A DNA stretch of 57,084 nucleotides from Octopus sinensis (Eukaryota): the NCBI RefSeq assembly GCF_006345805.1, contig NW_021833626.1, forward strand, positions 1 through 57,084, written 5' to 3'. The position numbers were made by a program, and so were the translations under genes. Below, piece after piece: positions 51,913 to 57,084 of the stretch. Position 1 is the stretch's first letter. The number at the start of each line of letters is the position of its first letter. The notes beneath the pieces were generated by a model. The model was given only the letters and a program-made list of their open reading frames with translations. It did not search any database and was not told the DNA's origin.

Positions 51913-52238
51913 CGCAACCGTGTGGTAAGAAGTTTGCTTCGGACCCATATGGTTCTGGGTTGAATCCCACTGCATAGCACTATAGCCTCGGGCTGAACAA
52001 TGCGTGGATTTGGTTGACGGAAACTGAATGAAGCCCGTCGCACACACACATATGTGTGTATGAATGTGTGTCTTTGTGTCTGTGTGTGCTCCCTATCACC
52101 GCTTGACATTCCTGTAATCTAGCGGTTCGGCAGAATACTCTAACAGAATAAGTCTTGGGGCGATTCATTCGACTAAATGTTCTTCAAGGCGATGCTGCCG
52201 CATGGTCGCTGACTAATGACTGAAACAAATAAAAGACA
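51672..52238 (+). mobile_element. Two internally deleted SINE family B copies
   Basis: Head and tail modules present, middle missing in part. Confidence 0.8.
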
Positions 52239-52719
52239 AGAGATATATGTATGTATGCATGCATGTATGAACACACACGCATATACGTACACACATACAT
52301 AAATGCATGCATATGTAGAGACAGATAAACGAAAGCATAGCATTTCGTATGTAATTATATGAACGGTTAAATAGTTACATTCTGACGACAGGCACGAACA
52401 CAGCTTCGGTTGTCTTTCAACATCACTATTTATACTAATGTGTGCAGTAAGTTTAGCTCATCAAGGAAAATATAGTCATGGAGTCTGGAAATTTCGTGCC
52501 TTCGCTGTGTGCCATTACAGAGTGTATACAAACACACACACACACACACACAAAGACACACACACACACACACACAAAGCATTGTGCATATGTGTTAGAC
52601 TCTAATGATTGAGGTCATGTTAGAGAATTTTCTTCGTGTGAGCGTAAAAGTGGGTATATAAATACGAATAAGACAAATGTATAAACATGCAAAACGCTGT
52701 ATATTCACCATATTGCGTG

Positions 52720-52916
52720 TGTGTATATGTATATATATATATATGTATATATATATGTATATATATGTATATATATATGTAATATATGTAATATATACAT
52801 ACATATATTATATATATATATATTATATAATATAATATATATATAGATATATATAAATATATATATATAATTATATAATATATATAAATATATATATAAT
52901 ATATATATAAATATAT

Positions 52917-52977
<61 letters not shown>

Positions 52978-53005
52978 CAATATATGTATTATATACATAT
53001 ACATA
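52720..53005. repeat. Degenerate (TA)n tract
   Basis: Direct reading. Confidence 0.95.
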
Positions 53006-54648
53006 TAGTGTTGTTTCAAACCCTTGTCTGTAATGTAATTGCTTCTTCTATTTCCTTACGTTAATTGCTTATGTGTACGAAGATACAACTTGTCAACTTT
53101 TCTTCCTTTTCTCTTTCTATTCCTACAGATGTATATCGTTTCCGTTTTATTTCCTTGTTCCTGCCTCGAGATTAGTCAACAAATTCATCTTAGACACATT
53201 CAAATTGATAATGGATAATATGTCAATTTTTATTTCTACTCAGCTGACCACACGACTTGGTATGGTAAGTTCACAAATACTAGTCTTTTTTCGGTATTGC
53301 CATATATAATGCATCTCGGATCTCCTGTCTCCTACGAAAAGTGGAACTCATCTTCCAATTAGGAATCTCTTAACAATAAGGGTTTAATTGTTAAGTTAAC
53401 TTTCAGTCTGTATCCTAAATACAAGCACAACACCATAAGAAAACTCAATATCATATTAAAGACATACACGCACAATTATCAACTCAGTTTTCTGTAACCA
53501 CATGCATCCCCAAATTGGTATATTCACAATAACCAAATCCATATTCATATTGAACCCCATAATTCAACAAACAATAGACACACACTCACACAGCAACCAC
53601 AAACATATGACACACGATCGAACATCTACATATAGGCACGCTAAACACAGATGAATACAACCTACTCACGCACATAAAGGAGTACTAGCCACATCCACAC
53701 ATAACGCACCCACAACACACAACATACTCACATATTAAAACACATATATTCATGCGTCCACACACACATACAACAGCATACACATATAGAAACACGCTTT
53801 CGCATTTTATCTCCCTTTACTTTCACTCTCTTTAATGTAAAACCGCTTTCGTTCTCTTCCGGCTTCCGATTCAGTCTCCAATATGGCTGACATTTGATAT
53901 TTACACACGCATTTGTATCTCTTTTTTCCATTTCCTCTTTCACCCGGCTTTTTTCTCTTCATTTTCCTCTAAAAGACAAAGCAGTCCGAAATGTCACTTT
54001 TTCTTTAATAATTTTTCTTTTCACCACGAACCCAAAACATCAGCTTTTTATGTCTGTTGTCCGTTTGTCTATGGTTCAGAAGTTCACTTCATAAGCTGAA
54101 TCGTTATCGCACCGGAGAAAATGCTTAGCGGCATTTAGTCCGTCTTTACGTTCTGAGTTCAAATTCCGCCGAGGCCGTCTTTACCTTTTATCCTTTCGGA
54201 GTCGATAAAAAAAGTTCCATCTGAGCACTGGGGTAGGGTAGGAGTGGGAGTGGTGCAGTCGACTTACCCCTTTCGCGTAAATTGCTGGCCTTGTGTCTAA
54301 ATTTGAAACCAATATATTTTGGGGCAGACCCGGTCATTCTGAGTGAAACTGGCGAGTGAAAATTTTGCAGATGGATCATACCTGCAATTCCAAGGTTTAA
54401 TTTTGTCGTGTGTTTTGTCGCCGATTCTGTCAACAGATTACATAAAGGGTACACGTACATTTGGACATGTGCGTGCTAACCGGATGAATAATTACTTCAG
54501 TTGGTCGAACAACTGGATACTTGTCGAAGTCAATGAAGATCCATTACTTAAATGTATGCTTGCATGCATGTATATACGTGTGTATGTATGTACAAACAAC
54601 AACAACAAAACAAACACACACATACACACACACACATGAATGTATGTA

Positions 54649-55516
54649 CTTGGTCTGATCAATAAATATCTGGACTGTTGCCATAGTAACGAAGTAAAAG
54701 CACGGAGAGTAAAGCCGTTTGACACAGATTGACCTTAAACTCTGCTGTGCTTGCGCCTTAAGCTTTAACGTTCTAGCTCGCTTCGGCTATTTACAGCAGT
54801 GTTTAGAAGGAACGTGTGTAGCATGTGATCATTTCATTGACAACGACAGAAAAAGTTCAGCAGAGAATCTGCATCAAATTTTGCCAAAAGTTTGGCAATA
54901 CCTGCTGAGGCCAACGTAGAATTTTCAAAGAATTTTCTACCTATCGTTCTCTACCCAATCAGAGGTCTTGTGCAACTGCAAGACGAGTGTCTTTTTCGTT
55001 AGCTGAAAGTAATTTTGGCACAAACTTGGCAGACATGCGTCTCATACCGAAATCTTCAATGATAATGGACTGACCTGAAACGTAACTATTCTGCCCATCG
55101 TCTAATAACTCACGGATGGTGATTCGACGATTTCCCCTCAAAGCTGCACGAACATCTGCCATGTTTTTCTTAGTTCTGTTGATTGCGGGTCTCCCAGAAC
55201 GTTCGTCAATATCGACGCTTTCTGAACCTTTCGTACACTTATGTGCGGCTCATACACTCCTCTACATACACTTTCTGCAACTTTGCGTAGGCCTTTGAGC
55301 AGGTATCGCCATGGCAACTTTCTGTCATGGTCAATGCGACGATCACATTCTACACACGTTCCTTCCAAGCACTGTTGTAAACAGCAGAAGTTAGCTAGAA
55401 GTTAAAATTTAGTGCGCATGCACTGTAGAGTTCAAGGTCAATCTGTGCCAAGCGGCTTCACTCTATGTACTTTAGCTTCGTTCTTATGGCCACAGTCCGG
55501 ATACTTATTGATCAGC
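54649..55516 (-). mobile_element. Second copy of the fold-back mariner derivative, opposite orientation
   Basis: MADVRAALRGNRRITIRELL...MSAKFVPKLLSANEKDTRLAVAQDL; same TIR and inverted arms as 44806-45756. Confidence 0.85.
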
Positions 55517-55660
55517 TCGGCAGCTTTTCATCCTGTCTTACGTTCTGAGTTCGAATTTTGCCGAGGTCAATTTGGCTTTTCATCGTTTTGGGAACTCTGG
55601 GGTCGAAGAAAATGCTGGCTTTGTGCCAAGATGTAAAATTATTTAAACTGAACATAAAAC

Positions 55661-56359
55661 AAACAAAAGCACTCAGAGAGTTCCAACCTCTGCCAAGGCA
55701 ACACCAACGTCCTCTCGGCAATTACCCAGAGATGATTCTTAAAATGAGAATATCAGAAATAAACTCGACACCCTCACAAATGAGAATACTAAAAATGAAC
55801 CCAACTGCTCTCAAAAATTAAGCAAAAAAACAGGAAAAATAATCCCGAATCCTTGTCCGGTACCGATTGATCCCAAAGCCGAATCAGTGTGTGTTGCGTT
55901 CAGTGAATTATTTGGAGAAAAAGTTTGTGAATTATTTGTTGATACTGTTGGTGAAACGTATCGCGCGTGCTGCTTTCTGCTGCATTTGCTGTTCTGTTTT
56001 TTCCTATTCTGGGTGAAAAGAGAAAACGTAGTCCCTCCGGTATGGAGAGCGAAGGTCGCTGATTGTATCTTCCGCTCTTATTAATTGTTCGCTTCTCAAT
56101 ATCTCCTCTTTGTTCACAACAATTGGCCTCTTAAACATTATGTAAAAAAACAGGAAAAATAATCCCGAATCCTTGTCCGGTACCGGATCGATCCCAAAAT
56201 CTAAATAGTTCGTGCCAGTCACGAGGCCAAACATCCCTGAAAGTTTCATCCGAATCAATCCAGCGGTTCTTGAGATATCTTGTCTCCGGATAAACATACA
56301 TAGAAGCAAACAAACGCGACTGAAAACAATACGTCCGCTTTCTTTAAGGCGGAGGTAAT
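55661..56359 (+). mobile_element. Helentron/HINE-like non-autonomous element with an internal 54-bp direct repeat flanking a 266-bp insert
   Basis: 5' cctctgccaagg, 3' hairpin tccgc...gcgga-ggtaat; repeat at 55824-55877 and 56144-56198. Family name is from memory. Confidence 0.55.
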
Positions 56360-56640
56360 AATGACATGAGTAGACGTCAGCATTTTAATAGGTTCACGGC
56401 ACTGAGCAAGCGATAAGTACTATACACGAAACTCTGGTTTCTTGAGTCACTTAATTACTTCTAACAAATATGTGTGTGCTTAGTGCGTGCGTGTGTGCGT
56501 GAGTGTGTATGTGTGTGAAAGAGAGAGAGAGAGCGATACGCATGAGTTCACATTCGAACCAACAACGATGTCACAATGCGGTCGGTCAACATGCTAGAAA
56601 TAGCAGCTAAAGAGCCCCAACAAACGCGCGCGCACGCACG

Positions 56641-56688
<48 letters not shown>

Positions 56689-57084
56689 TGAATAAACTGT
56701 TAAAAAAAACCTTAGTTTTCCGAATAAGGGAAGACATAAAAGTAAAATGCGCAACTGAACAAAAAAAATTATGATAAATAAATAAAATGAAAAAAAAACA
56801 CACAAACATTTCAAATCTAAATTTGGTTAATGGATTAACAGAATGTTCTTCGACGAAAATGAATAAATTAGCAATCCCAATAATGCCAAGCTTCTCTCAA
56901 AGACATTCCTACACTTCAACGGTGATAATTTTCCGAATTTAATTATTCTGGCAAGCCTTTCAAAGAAAGCGTTGAAGCATTCAGCAAAGATCCATCCTGT
57001 CTTCAGAATGTGAGAAAATGGAAATTCTATTTGTAAAGAATATTCCTAAAATATCCAAACGCCTCAATCCAATTTAGATGGTAG

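Noticed and set aside
52382-52420. CTGACGA followed by a weak hairpin
   Set aside because: No downstream GAAA or cleavage triplet.
53050-53420. Possible Penelope N-terminal remnant
   Set aside because: Multiple stops and no diagnostic motif.

Overview
AT-rich eukaryotic repeat DNA with no host protein-coding gene that I can identify. The SINE families look, from memory and not from a database search, like octopus SINEs (OR1/OR2/OK types). The window holds dozens of tRNA-derived SINE copies in three modular families and decayed DNA transposons: mariner, Tigger/pogo, a Tc2-like MITE, piggyBac MITEs, hAT-Charlie, CMC-Chapaev3 and Helitron/Helentron-like elements. It also holds CR1-like and RTE LINE fragments, Penelope-like fragments and dense microsatellites, which explain most ORFs in the track. 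The main result is a set of unrelated short non-coding elements carrying type I hammerhead ribozyme motifs, most of them flanked by (TA)n tracts. They are a 545-bp tandem-plus-inverted array with three hammerheads (35515-37143), a 356-bp terminally redundant monomer whose hammerhead caps a long rod (8543-8912), a 185-bp-arm palindrome centred on hammerhead half-sites (16055-16440), a tRNA-headed SINE with a decayed hammerhead tail (39445-39773) and a variant-core hammerhead (43946-43981). Together they suggest a multi-family retrozyme/Penelope-dependent RNA system. Coordinates were counted by hand, and boundaries of decayed elements are approximate.
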